From: Octopus bimaculoides
Lineage: Eukaryota
Assembly (NCBI RefSeq): GCF_001194135.2
Contig: NC_068982.1
Span: forward strand, 55,408,851 to 55,472,850
Length of the DNA: 64,000 nt
Reading direction: 5' to 3'
Both the position numbers and the translations under genes were made by a program. The notes below the pieces were generated by a model. It was not told the DNA's origin and made no database searches. It was given only the letters and a program-made list of their open reading frames with translations. Every line of letters starts with the position of its first letter. Within the stretch, counting starts at the first letter, position 1. This document shows positions 25,501 to 39,169 of the stretch, one piece after another.

Positions 25501-28500
25501 TATGTGCCACTGGCATGAGGGCCAGTCTGGCGGTTCTGGCATTGACCACACTTGAATGGTGCTTTTTACATGCCACTGGCATGGGAGCCAGTCAGGCAGC
25601 ACTGGCAATGACCATGCTTGAAAGGTGTTTTTTTAGGTGCCACTAGCATGGGACCAGTCAGCCGGCACTGGCACTGAACACGCTTGAATGGTGCTTTTTA
25701 CGTTCTACTGGCATGGGCGCCAGTCAGGTGGCACTGGCAACAATTATGCTCGAATGGTGCTTTAATCAGTCAATTAGTCCTTTTGCTTCCTAAAAATAAA
25801 ATAACTTTGCATGTTTTCTTACTTCATCATCATCATCGTTTAACGTCCGCTTTCCATGCTAGCATGGGTTGGACGATTTGACTGAGGACTGGTGCAACCG
25901 GATGGCTACACCAGGCTCCAATCTAATTTGGCAGAGTTTCTACAGCTGGATGCCCTTCCTAACGCCAACCACTCAGAGAGCGTAGTGGGTGCTTTTACGT
26001 GTCACCCGCACGAAAACGGCCACGCTCAAAATGGTGTCTTTTATGTGCCACCCGCACAGGAGCCAGTCCAGGGGCACTGGCAACGATCTCGCTCGAAAAC
26101 CCTACAAGGCCAGTCAGGCGGTACTGGCAATGGTCACGCTCAGGATGGTACATCTTATGTGCCACCCGCACAAGAGCCAGTCCAGGTGCACTGGCAACGA
26201 TCTCACTTAGCTTGCCGGGTCTTCTCACGCACAGAACATTTCCAAAGGTCTCGGTCAGTAGTCATCGCCTCGGTGAGGCCCAATGTTCGAAGGTCTTGCC
26301 TCACCACCTCAGCCCAGGTCTTCCTGGGCCTACCTCTTCCACGGGTTCCCTCAACTGTTAGGGAGTGGCACTTTTTCACGCAGCTATCCTCATTCATTCT
26401 CACCACATGTCCAAACCAGTGCAATCGTCTCTCTTGAAATTCATTAACAAGGAGTACTAATACATATGTAAATGTAAAATGCTGCAAAGCTTAAAGCAAA
26501 GGATGCAAGCAAGACTGGCCTACTTCTTGAGAATGAGTTCGGTAAGATCACTGTGCATATATGACAGAGTATAAATGATTTGAGAGAAAAACTTGGTATA
26601 CAAGGCATCAGATGTAGGGTGCAAGGGAGAAGGCTGCATTTGTGCAGTCACGTAACACATATGAATGAAGACAGTTACACAAGATATTCAATCTCTAATT
26701 GTAGAGGGAACATGTGGAAGAGGTAGACCCAGGAAGATGTAGGACGAAGTGGTGAGAAAGGACATAAAGATCTGGCTGATTCTTTTTGCTGCATTACAAG
26801 ATTGCAAAAGCAGCTGGAGTCATGCAATTACTGAGAAGGTCAGAAAACCTACTATAATGTATAAAAATCCTTCAGATATCTTTAAAAGCTTACCATTATG
26901 CAGCAATTCAGTTTGAAAACAAATTGATGAAATGTCAATGAACAAAGACTAACTGGATGAAAGGCCAAACAAAGCTTGTTTTTCATTTGAGGTTTCTGTG
27001 TAACAATTGTCAATAACAAGACCTTTCATATAGATGTGTGTACATTTTTCCAATGAGGAGTGAAATCAAAGAAATGTATGTATTATATGCCAAATGCCTA
27101 AAAACTATCACTACTGGGGAATCTATTTCTATATTCTGGTTTGCTGAAAAAACTCCATTAGGAAATTCGATATTAATTGCAGCTGATGGTGTACCTCAAT
27201 GTCTGAAGACATAACAGCTTCATAGAAAAAATATGTCCTGGAATCATTGCATTGTTCACAGGCATGTTCTTATTCACTTAGCTAGTAATAAAAACTTAAA
27301 ACAAACTACTAGCAAATACAATTACACATTCAAGAAATCTGGTTCTGATCATAACGAACAGGTATGTGAAACTTCTTTTACACATGGACGTCAGATGGCT
27401 CTCCAGAGGAGATTGCTTAGCAAGATTTATAAAACTTTCGGATGTCATTGTTAACTTTCTAGAAAGTGAAGAAAATGTTCACAAAGAAATAAGAAAACAA
27501 AAAGAATATATATTATCTATCTTGGAGATTTCAAAAGCTTAATGAGTTATCACTTGAAATTCAAGGAAAATTAATTTGTTGATTGAGTGTAAAATTAATT
27601 TTGAAATCATTTACTGAAAAATTAGAAATTTTTCAAGCAAATTTACATTAAAAAAATATTTCACAGCATGCTTGAGCTGGCAGAAATTCGTTTTTCACTT
27701 AACAAAATGGCTCTTGAAACATATCCTGGACACTTATAATTGTTAAAAGCGACGGGAACAAAACATTCTGATTTATTTTCTTTTGAAGTAAAACCATGGA
27801 TGATTGGACCCATTTAATTGTGATGTTCATTCAGCTGAAGAAGAAATTCAAGAAGAATTAATTGAATTACGATGCAAAGGTAACTCAAAATACATTCGTT
27901 ATAAAGTAGGAAAGACTGAATTCTAGTCATTAAAAGACTGTAAAGCACTATATCCAAGATTATAGACCGAAATGGCCAAAATAATTGTCTGTTTTCTAAC
28001 ACTGTATATAGTTGAAATTGAGTTTAGTTCATTGAATAATAAAGGAAGAGATATACTGGATGTATGCAAAAAAGGGTGAAATGAGAATTAAGTACTTAAT
28101 ATTATGAATTTAGAAGAAAAATACCCATCTCAAGGATCACAGTAAATAAAATAAATAGTAAGTTTCAAAGTTCCTTCTTTTAGTTATTTGTGTGGGGGGT
28201 AAATTTGAATATAGAGTGAGCAAGAGGTTGAGAACTATTGCACTTGACTAAAAGCAGCACAATATACTTGACAATCTTCTGACAAATTACTTAGGATGAT
28301 GATAATCAAATTTCAGACAATAATAATAACTATATCATTGATAATAACTTCATTACAACTGACAAGCCAATGAGGGAGCCTCTGTATGATTACTGAACCT
28401 GCTAGAAATAACAGCAAAATCTCCCTCAAACCACATCCTACTGTTTTAAAAGAAAAAAAAAGAAAGGGTAACTTAGTCTCCGATATACACACATGTGATG

Positions 28501-30963
28501 ATAATGGCTAGAATGCCTTTAATCATAGGTTTACTGAATCAGGGTTGACCTGGGGCCAAGCACTAACATTACTGCTGACAAGAGAGCCGATGCTAAGTCA
28601 TTTAACCTGCTAGAATTTGTTACCAAATTCCTTTGAATCACACCTTTCCATCTTGAAAATTGAAGGACATGTACCATGTAGTCCCTGATACACAATAAAA
28701 CGGAGTGGTCACAGCTGGAAAGCCTCTGATCATAGGTCTGCTTAATCCAGATTGACCTGTGACTAAACAGCAAACAACATCACTGTTGATGTTGAGCTCG
28801 ACAACAACAATGCTGATGATGACAATGATGATGATGATGGCAATGATGATGACGAAAGATTAAGTAGACATAACTTACCACTAATGGTAAATATTGATGA
28901 AATTACCAAAATCAGAAGCAATGACAGGTACAAGTCCCAGTTCAAAGCTTGTTTTATAAAGAGTGCTCCAGCATAAAGGTCAGCCTATAATAGTGAACTT
29001 AGGAGTTCAAAACATCTACATCAATGTTTAAGCAAAATAAAATTAACTAAAAACATTTATCACAACAAATACATAATTTTTAAAAAATACAAAATGGCTA
29101 AGTGTTTCAAGTATTTTGTTGTTATTCTGTAAAATTTTACTTTAAAAAGATTTGAGTATTCTTCACTGAGTAACATCATTTGCCTCAGTAACTATCTCGA
29201 GATGATTTGACCTCTCTTTCATTGATATTATACAAGATTAAGTTAAAACTAATAAACATTATTTAACCTAACTGCTGTCATATATTGCTACCGGTTACAA
29301 CAACAACATAGCAACAATTATTATCATTGTTTGATAATTAAAATTAATCATGAAATTTTGCAGCAAGCAGAGTTTTAAGTAAGTTTCCCTGGGACGAAAA
29401 GGCTATGCATGCACTCATAAACCCATAAAACAATGACCAGCACTTCACTAGTTTATTATATACTTGGGCATTCTACCCATAATTTTCGTATAATGTAAAA
29501 TAAAATGAAAATTATTTTTGACTTCCAATACTGTTTTAAAAAAAATATAAAAAAAAAAGAACACACAAGACAAATATAAGTTTTAGAATTAGTATCCACA
29601 ATAAAACAATTTTTTTTAGTATATCAAATCTGGAGGAATTTTTGAAGGGTTTTCAAGTAAAACAAGTGTATGATTGTAGGCATAAAATATCACAATAGAA
29701 TGGCAAATCTTTCATGCTTATTAAGCATAATAATAAAATGGAAAAATAAAACAAACATTTTTTTAAAATTCAAAATTGTTCTAAACATATATTATCCTCT
29801 CTGTTAGTCTCGATTTTGATAATGAAACAAACTAAAAGAAACCATCAATATAACATTCCCCATAATCTGTATTGCAAGGATATTGTTTATCAGTATATCT
29901 GTATTAACAAAGAAAGAAGAGAGGTAAATTTTCAAGAAGAAGAAATAACACTTGAAGGATATACATATATATTGTTATTACTATTTAATTTCCACATATC
30001 AGTGTAGATAGACAGATTAAAAAGCTTTAACGTTCAGTGATTAGAGGAAACCACCAAAAATTGATCGGTCCTACTGACTTTCTTTTTGAAGCAGGCATGG
30101 CTTTGTGGTTAAGAAATTTACATCACAACCATATATGTATAGATTCAATCATATTGAACAATACTTTAGGCAAGTGCTTTCTACCATTATAGCCTTGGAT
30201 CAACAGAAATTGTGTGAAAGACAGTCATGTGTGTGTGCTTGTGTGCACCTCTACAATGGCACTCCTACCTAACTCATCTGTCTGGTCTCCTCTTATCAGT
30301 CATACAGTGTCTAACACACTAGGCCTTACACAAGTCGTCATTTACACTTCCCTACATATCCCTCAACACTCGTTATTCATCCAGTTCTCTCACCAATTGT
30401 TTAACTATTTCTCACTCGAGATACATTCTTGCAACCTCTACACACACACACACTTCCTGTTCTCCTGTCCCTACTCCTATTCATCTCATATCTTCAAGTC
30501 CTAGCTGATATATCTTATCACAATTCTAATCTCTTTCCACTTCATTATGACCACTCTCACCCCTCTTGTAAATCCTCAACAGCAAGAAATCTGTTTTGTT
30601 CTGGTACCTTCTATCACTTTTTAACCCTTCTTCCCATAACATGAAGCTGCTCCTCTCACTCAAAGGGATTCTTAATATTGCAAACTGCTTAGCAAACCTA
30701 ACCAGTATTGGTGTCATTAAAAAGCACCTAAAGTATGCTGTAAAATGGTTGGCATTTAGGAAAGGCACCCAGCCACAGAAGCTATGCCAAAGCAAACATT
30801 GGAACTCAACATAGTCTTTGGACCTGATGGATACTGGCAAGTAAATGATACTGCTCCTGCAGCTGCTGATGACTAATTATATCAGCCTCACCAGTCAGAG
30901 GGCTTACAATGGCCAAGAGCACTCTCCACTTCCTCCATGAGCAAGCAAGTATATATACATACA

Positions 30964-30996
<33 letters not shown>

Positions 30997-33900
30997 TAGG
31001 TCGTCAAGTATGAAATTTGTAGAAAAGAAAAAAAGTTTGTTAATGTCTTATAAGCACAAAGAATAGTTTTATTCATCAAAGTATGCACCTATATTGTCAA
31101 TATACTTGCCATTTTAGCGGTAGCTTGTCCAACCCAGCCAGAACTGTAAAAGCCTAGCAATTTAGAGTCAATAAAATCTTGAAAGGCCTGTTTTACAGCA
31201 TCGTCGTAATTAAATCTTTTTCCTATCAAAAAGTTATCCAAATTCTGGAAGAAGTGGCAGTCAGTGGGGGTAAGATCAGGTGAATATGGTGGATGATGGA
31301 GAACTTCCAACTCCAGCTCCTGTAGTTTTGCCATTGTCATTTTTGCAATGTGTGGTCTGGTGTTGTCTTGCAATAAAATAGGAGTAGATCTGTTGACTAA
31401 TCCAGGCTGTTTTTTTTTTCATAAGTTTCAGCATCATTTGGTCCAGTTGGCTATGGTGTACTTCAGCTGTGATTGATGAGCCAGGTTTAATGAAATCATA
31501 ATGGATCACACCTGTGCCGGACAACCAAACACACACCATCAGCTTCTTTTGATGAATTTTGCTCTTTGGACTGTGTTTTGGTAGCTCATCTTTGTCCAAT
31601 CATTGTGCTGAATGTTTACGGTTGTTGTATTGGATCCATTTTTCATCACATGTTACAATTCGATTCCAAAATGATTCATTTTTGTGATGAGAAAGTAGCA
31701 TAATGCAGGCTTCCAAACGTTGCTGTTTCTGATTTTCATTAAGTTCATGTGGAACCCACTTATCCAACTTTTTCACTTTACCGATTTGAACTAGGGGAGT
31801 CAATATTGTTTGCTTGCTAACAGCAAACAAGGATAATTCATGGGCACTTTGAGATGGAGCTGACTCGATGGTAGCATTCAGTTTGTCATTTTCCACCTTT
31901 GTTTCTGGTCGACCACATTGCTCATTTGTGCAGTCAAAGTTACCATAACAAAATTCTGAAAACCAATTTGATACTGCCTGCTGTGTAATAACATTAGAAT
32001 GAAATATTCCATTAATATTCTGAGCTGTCTGTTGTTGTATTTCAGTGAGTTGAAATGAGAATACTGTAATTGTTAACCTGTTATTTCCTGTATTGTTGCA
32101 TTGTTTGTTGAATTTGTTGGAATTTTTATTTGTCTTCCCCATTTATGAGTGAAGTAATGAATAATAGACCAGTGCAAGTGGGAAGTTATGCTGCAGTGAC
32201 TGGCAAAAGCTTGTCAGCGGAGCTACTGCAAGTCCGTGAAATAGAAGTTAAAGACAAGAATTTCAAGAAGTATAACGACTTATTGAAGGAGGAGGGAAAC
32301 TGTTTTAGGTTGAGGCCACCCAAGGAAGTCATTGAGAATACTGAGAAAAGAACTATTTTCTAGAGAACATTAAACATAGCAACAAAGAAAGTAGAAATAG
32401 CAGCGGTGGAAGCAGTTGAGGGGTGTTTGAGAGAGGTGAAGGACTTTACCACATTCTACACCATAAGACGGAAATTTGGCACGGTGGAGGTGCACTTTGT
32501 AAATGAAAATGAAGCAAAGAAATACTCCACTGTGGCCTTGAGATCAGCTGAGTGGGCACTACTACCTTCTTACTGTGGCAAACATGCGGCCAGAGTAAGG
32601 ATAGGTAGAGTGCCCACTGAAATTGATAAGGCATGGCTGGTGGCAGCCATCCTCTACCATACAAAAGAAGATGCAGAAATTTTGAAAATGTCCAAAACTA
32701 TGGAGGTAAACTGGTGGGGATAGAGGTAACAGCCTATATAAGCCTGCCAGACCTCCATAAGATTGTGGAAGAGCTGGTTTTGCCAGATGAGACTAGATTG
32801 AGGATTGTTGTGGAGGGTAGACCTTCAATATGTTTTTTGTGTGGAGTAAGGGGACACATGAAGGCCAAGTGTCCCCAGAAACATGAGGAGGAAATAACAG
32901 AAAAAGAAATTCAAGAAGAAAAGAGTACAGCTGCAGAGGAGGAGAAAATGGAGGAGCAATTTACGGTGGTGAAAAGAAAAAAGAACTTAGAATCACCACC
33001 GAAAATCCCCAAGGAGAAAAAAAGAAAGACAAACAAAGAGGAGAACAAGAAAGAAAAGAGATAAAAATGGAAAACCAAATGAAAAATCAAGTGAAGTGTG
33101 AACGCACGAACCATCGCCTTTGACTAGCAAGAAAGAAGGTACTACGAAAGAAGGAAGGAAACAAAAGAGACAGTGAATTAGAGACAGAGACATTTATGAT
33201 GGACGAAGAGAGTGGTGAAGGATATCAGAGAACAATACCTACAGGGAGAAACTAAAGAAGCCTCATAGTATATGAGTAAATTGAAAAGAGAGTAACAAAA
33301 ATGAAAAATATTATCAGAGTGAAAATGGAAAACCATGAAGGTAAAAAGGGTGTGCTGTTGGAAAGAGAAAGAGGGGAGAGGTTAGTTGAACTATTTGGAA
33401 AAAAAAAGAGTTGAAATAACACCACTTCAGTATAGATATGATGAGCTGCTGCCTGTTGTAATTTTTGACGATATAATGCAGCATTTGTTGTAATTTTGTA
33501 TTAAAGAAAAAGACACAAGATGGTAAAGTAAAACTGTAATTTAAAAAACAGTAAAATGAAATTACTTGCTTTGGTGGGGCAAGTAAGTCATTTCATCCTC
33601 ATCTTCATCATATTCATAATTCATCTGATATGTATTTATATGTACCCCCAATGTCTTGTTTTGTCTGTCTTTGTGGTGTCCCCTCTTTATAAAGGCCATG
33701 TGCCTAAATAAAAGAAATAGAGCTGTCTGTGATGCTGTATTTTGAAGAAAGAACTCATATTTCAAAACTATACGAATTTCCGACTTATCCATCTCTGTAG
33801 CAAAACTCGATTTATAAATACTTTATAAAGTGCAAAATGAGTTAGAATAAAGAAATAGATGTGTCAGCTTTCTAACAAAAATAAAGATTGTCAAGATATA

Positions 33901-34359
33901 ATAATGGCACAAAATGAGCAGCTGTNNNNNNNNNNTGTGTCAGCTTTCTAACAAAAATAAAGATTGTCAAGATATAATAATGGCACAAAATGAGCAGCTG
34001 TCAAAGTTTACCATATACCTTACTACAAATTTCATACTTGACAACCTAATATAAAGTTTCACAAGGCATATATATTTTCTTTTTTTTTTTCTTCATAAAA
34101 CTTGGGAGGAAGTACTGATAGGAGTAATTTTCTATCTGTGAAAGGTGAAAGTATCATTTTTACAAGCTTCAGTCACTGAGCTGCAACAATGCTGGGTTCA
34201 ACTTTTTGGGGCTGTTCATATTGCTTATTTCTGTTAGTTACTATTTCTATTTAACTTTATTTGTTGACAAAGACAAGCACACATATCCGTGTGTGCACAC
34301 ATAAATATGTCTCTCCCACTCTCTCTTGACCCTGCAGTGCATCTAGAAAGCAGGGGGGG

Positions 34360-34392
<33 letters not shown>

Positions 34393-37300
34393 GCATTATT
34401 GCCTAGCTAGAACTCATAGCTGAGTAGGCTGTAGCAAGATGAAACTGAGTGCCTTGCACAAGAACTTAAACCCATGAACTATGGATCACAAGTTGGACAT
34501 TTTAACCACTTAGCCACCCACCAACAAACACACACACATGATGGGCTTTTGCAGATTTTATCATGTGCCACAGTTTGATCACAAAGTACTAGTCAACCCA
34601 TGCCCATAATTAAACATACTTACATAAGGTACCATGCAGTGGAATTCATCCTGGAATCATATGGGTGTGAAGCAAAGTTCTTCATCACCTAAGTTCTTAA
34701 CCACCTAAGCAAAGTTCTTAACTACCTAGTCACACCACTGCCAATTCTTGGAAAAGAAATAATCTTTTAAAAATGCTTTTACTTTCCAGTATTATAACCA
34801 CCACCACCACCACCAACTCAAATGTTTTTTGAGCAATAATTAAAACTGTGGCTACAGATCAAACCACAAAAGACCTCACAGTACAAAGGAAAAAGAAAAA
34901 ATCAAATTTTAAAATTATTTAATAATGACTCGTTAACCCAATTTAAAATAGATGCCAAATGTTGGCTTTGTATTCAAGCTGAAAGAATTTCAAACAATTA
35001 TACTCTGAGCCAGTGAAGTAAATGAATATTATTTAATAAAATTAAAAACAAAAGAATTATAATCTAACAAATACTTTCATTATGAAAGTAAACAAAATAT
35101 ATTGGGTAAAGGAAAAAAAGGAAGAAAACACTGACAGATTTAATAAATGTATTAGTAAAGTCTTAAGTAAATAATATCAAGAACAGCACAAATAATAATA
35201 ATGATGATAATAATAATAATAATAAATACCCTGATGCAGGAGCAGGCAGTGGCTCTCATGTACATTGTTTTGTCTTGGAATAAAAGTTGGGCTACAGCAA
35301 ATATTCTGCTCAATACCACAGGTTTGCTTTGTCAGTTATTTGACCTTAACCAGTTGAGCATGTCCCTTAGTGGCTGATGATATGTGCATCTCTGATCATG
35401 AGCTGGAGTAGTGGGGGAGCATCACAGCCATGTGTTGAAAGGAATTCTTTGGGATTTGGATAATTCAACTTTGGAAACATGGGTGTTTCGTTCAACATCC
35501 GTAAACAACTCTTATTCAAGGACCATTTGAGTTGGATGGGCCACTCGACCTGAAGAAAATTCTAACTGGGTCCCACCTGCAAGATCATGCGCTGTTTACC
35601 TTGATATGAGATCATCATGTTGCACATATGTGCTTGTGATGCATGTATTTGGTGTACCCTTATCAGACGGGTAGTCATGATGGGTATACTGGGCTCCATA
35701 TATCTTACTCCAGTGTCACTTTGATAGCATGCACTGCTCTTTCACTCAATAATAATAATAATCTTTTCTACTATAGGCGCAAGGCCTGAAATTTCAGGGG
35801 AGAGAATAAATTGATTACATCACCCCCAGCACTTAACTGGTACTTATGTTATCGACACCTCCCCCCCTCACCAAAAGAATGAAAGGCGGAATTTGAACCC
35901 AGAACATAAAGACTGACGAAATGCCGCTAACAAGTCTGCCAGCTCGCCACCTTAATAATAATAATAATAATCCTTTCTACTACAGACACAAGGTCTGAAA
36001 TTTTGGTGGGAGAGGACTAGTTAATTACAATGACCCCAGTATTTCACTGGTACTTAATTTATTGACCTCAAAAGGATGAAAGGTAAAGTCGACCTCAGCG
36101 GAATTTGAACTCAGCATGTAAGGATGGACGAAATACCGCTAAGCATTTCGCCCAACATGCTAATTATTCTGCCAGCTCACTGCCTTCATATTAATAATGA
36201 TCCTTTCTACTATAGGCACAAAGCCTGAAATTTTGTTGGGTAGGGAGCTAATCGGCTATATCAATCCCAGTGTGTAACTGGTACTTATTTTATTGACCCA
36301 GAAAGGATGAAAGGCAAAGTCGACCTTGGTGGAATTTGAACTCAGAACAAGTAAGAGTAGAGTAGTGGGGGAGCATCATAGCCATGTGTTGAAAGGAATT
36401 CTTTGGTACTTGAATAATTCACCTCTTGAAACATAGGGGATTTCATTTGTCATCCTTAAACAAACCTTATTCAGGGACCTTTTGAGCAGGATGGGCTACT
36501 CGAACTGAAGAAAATTCCCATCTGCTAGGTCATGCAGTGTTTATCTTGATATGGGATCACCATATCATGCACATATGGTTGTGATGCATGGGCCTGGTGT
36601 ACCCTTATCAGGTGGGTAGTCATGATGGACATTGTATATTTGTACTCCAGTGTCACTTTGATGGCATGTGCTGCTCTCTAACTTAATAATAATAATAATA
36701 ATAATAATCCTTTCTTCTATAGGCACAAGACCTGAAATTTGGTGGAGGGGGTTAATTGATTACATTTATCCCAGTGTTTCACTGATACTTAATTTATCGG
36801 CCCCGAAAGGATGAAAAGCAAAGTCAACCTTGGCGGAATTTGAACTCAGAATGTAGCAGATGAAATACTGCTGAGCATTTCGCCCGGTGTGCTAATGATT
36901 CTGGCAGCTCACCACCTTAATGATAATAAAAATAATAATTCACATTTTGGTACAAGGCCAGCAATTCTGGGAGGGGGCTAAGTTGATTATATCAACCTCA
37001 ATGCTCAACTGGTATTTATTTTATTGTTCTCAAAAGGATGAAAGACAAGGTTAACCTCGGCAGAATTTGAACTCTTAGAACATAAACACATGAAATGCCA
37101 CTAAGCATTTTGCCCGGTGTGTTAATGATTCTGCCAACTTGTTGCCTCAATAATAATGATTTCAAATTTTGGCACAAGACCAGCAATTTGAGGGGAGGGG
37201 ATAAGCCTTTTACTTCGACTTCAGTGCTCAGCTAGTACTTATTTTATCAACCCAGAAAGGATGAAAGGCAAAGTCAATTTTGGCAATAATAATGGTTTCT

Positions 37301-39126
37301 AATCAAGACACAAATCCCTGATGGTTGAAAAGTAAAGTTGACCTTCACAGGATTTAAACTCAGTATGCAAAGACCCAGAGAAAATCCTGCAAGACATTTA
37401 TTCCAACATTCTCATAATTATGACAGAATTCACACAGCTCATTCAAGACACAAACAAAATAGCACAAATAACACTGCCACATATTGATGCAACAAATGGT
37501 TGAAACACTAAAGCAATAACAAAAAACTAAACCCTCCACACAGAACAAAGCAAAACTGATGTAGCATACATACATACATAATTTTATATTTCCCATGTGG
37601 GCAATGAGGTGAGTAACTATTATCCTAGTAGTTGTAGGGGCACTTGGAGCACTAACAATCATGTTTGAGAAATATCAGGGAAATTGGAATTGACATGAGG
37701 GCAGAGCAGGCCTAAAAACCTACTCTATTGAGGACAGCTAGGACTTTGAGATTGGCACTTGGGCATTCAGTGTCTTTTATGATGACTTAACATCCAAGTA
37801 CCAAAGCTTTTAGTTTGCAGTAAGAGAGCCTGTGAGACATCTGACAACAAGTTGCTGACTGCTCTTACAGAATCAACCAGGGTAAGTAAAACTGAGCTCT
37901 GAGAAGTGTATGTCTTGGCATAAAAGATGGGCTACAGCAAATATTCTGCCCAATACCACAGATTTGCTTGTCAGTTGCTTGACTTTAACCAGCTGAGCAT
38001 GTCCCTTGGCGGCTGATGATATGCGCATCTCTGATCACAAGCAGAAGTAGTGGGGGAGCATCATAGCAATGTGTTGTGAGGAATTCTTCGGGGTTTGGAT
38101 AATTCAACTTTGGAAACATAGGTATTTTGTTCATCATCCCTAAACCCTTATTCAGGGACCTTTTGAGTGGGATGGGCTACTCAACCTGAAGAAAATTCTA
38201 ACTGGGTCCCACCTGCAAGATCATGCACAGTTTATCTTGATATGAAATCATTATGTCATGCACATATGGTTGTGATGCATGTGCCTGGTGTACCCTTATC
38301 AGACAGGTAGTCATGATGGATATACTGAGCTTTGTATATTTTACCTCATGTCACTTTGATGGCATGCACCGCTCTCTCTCTCACACTGGGTGCGTTTTGG
38401 TAAATCTTTGTAACAAACAAGCAAATTAAAAGTAAAAAAAAAATAATAATCATCCTTTCTACTATAGGCTGAAGGCCTGAAATTTTAGGGGAGGAGACTA
38501 GTTAATTAGATTGACCCCAGTGTTTCACTGGTACTTAATTTGTCAACCCCAAATGAATGAAAGGTAAAGTCAACCTCAGCAGAACTTGAACTCAGAACAT
38601 AAGGACAGATGAAATGCCACTAAGCATATCCACCCAGCATGCGAACAATTTTGCCAACTCACCACCTTAACAATAATAATAATGATTTTAAATTTCAGCA
38701 CAAGGCCAGTAGTTTTGCAGGAGGGGACTAGTCGATTACATCAACGCCAGTGTTTCACTGGTATTTTATTTATTGACCTTGAAAGGAAGAAAGGCAAAGT
38801 CAACCATGGTGTAATGTGAACTGAGAACGTAAAGATGAATGAAATACTGCTAAGTATGTTGCCCGGCTAGCTAACAATTCTGCCAGCTCATTACCTTATT
38901 AATAATAATAATTATTATTTTGAAATTTTTGTCACAAGGGCAGCTTGGGGGAGGTGTGGATGAGTCAATTACATCAACCCCAGCATTCAACGAGTACTTA
39001 TTCTATCGACCCCGAAAGGATGAAAGGCAAAGTCAACCGCAGCAGAATTTGAACTCAAAACATAGTGATGAGCAAAATACAGCTAAGCATTTCGTCCAAC
39101 ATGCTAAGTTCTGTCAACTCACTACT

Positions 39127-39169
<43 letters not shown>

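Noticed and set aside
33860-34001. 66 bp direct duplication
   Set aside because: Identical copies flank a 10-N gap; typical unmerged contig overlap.
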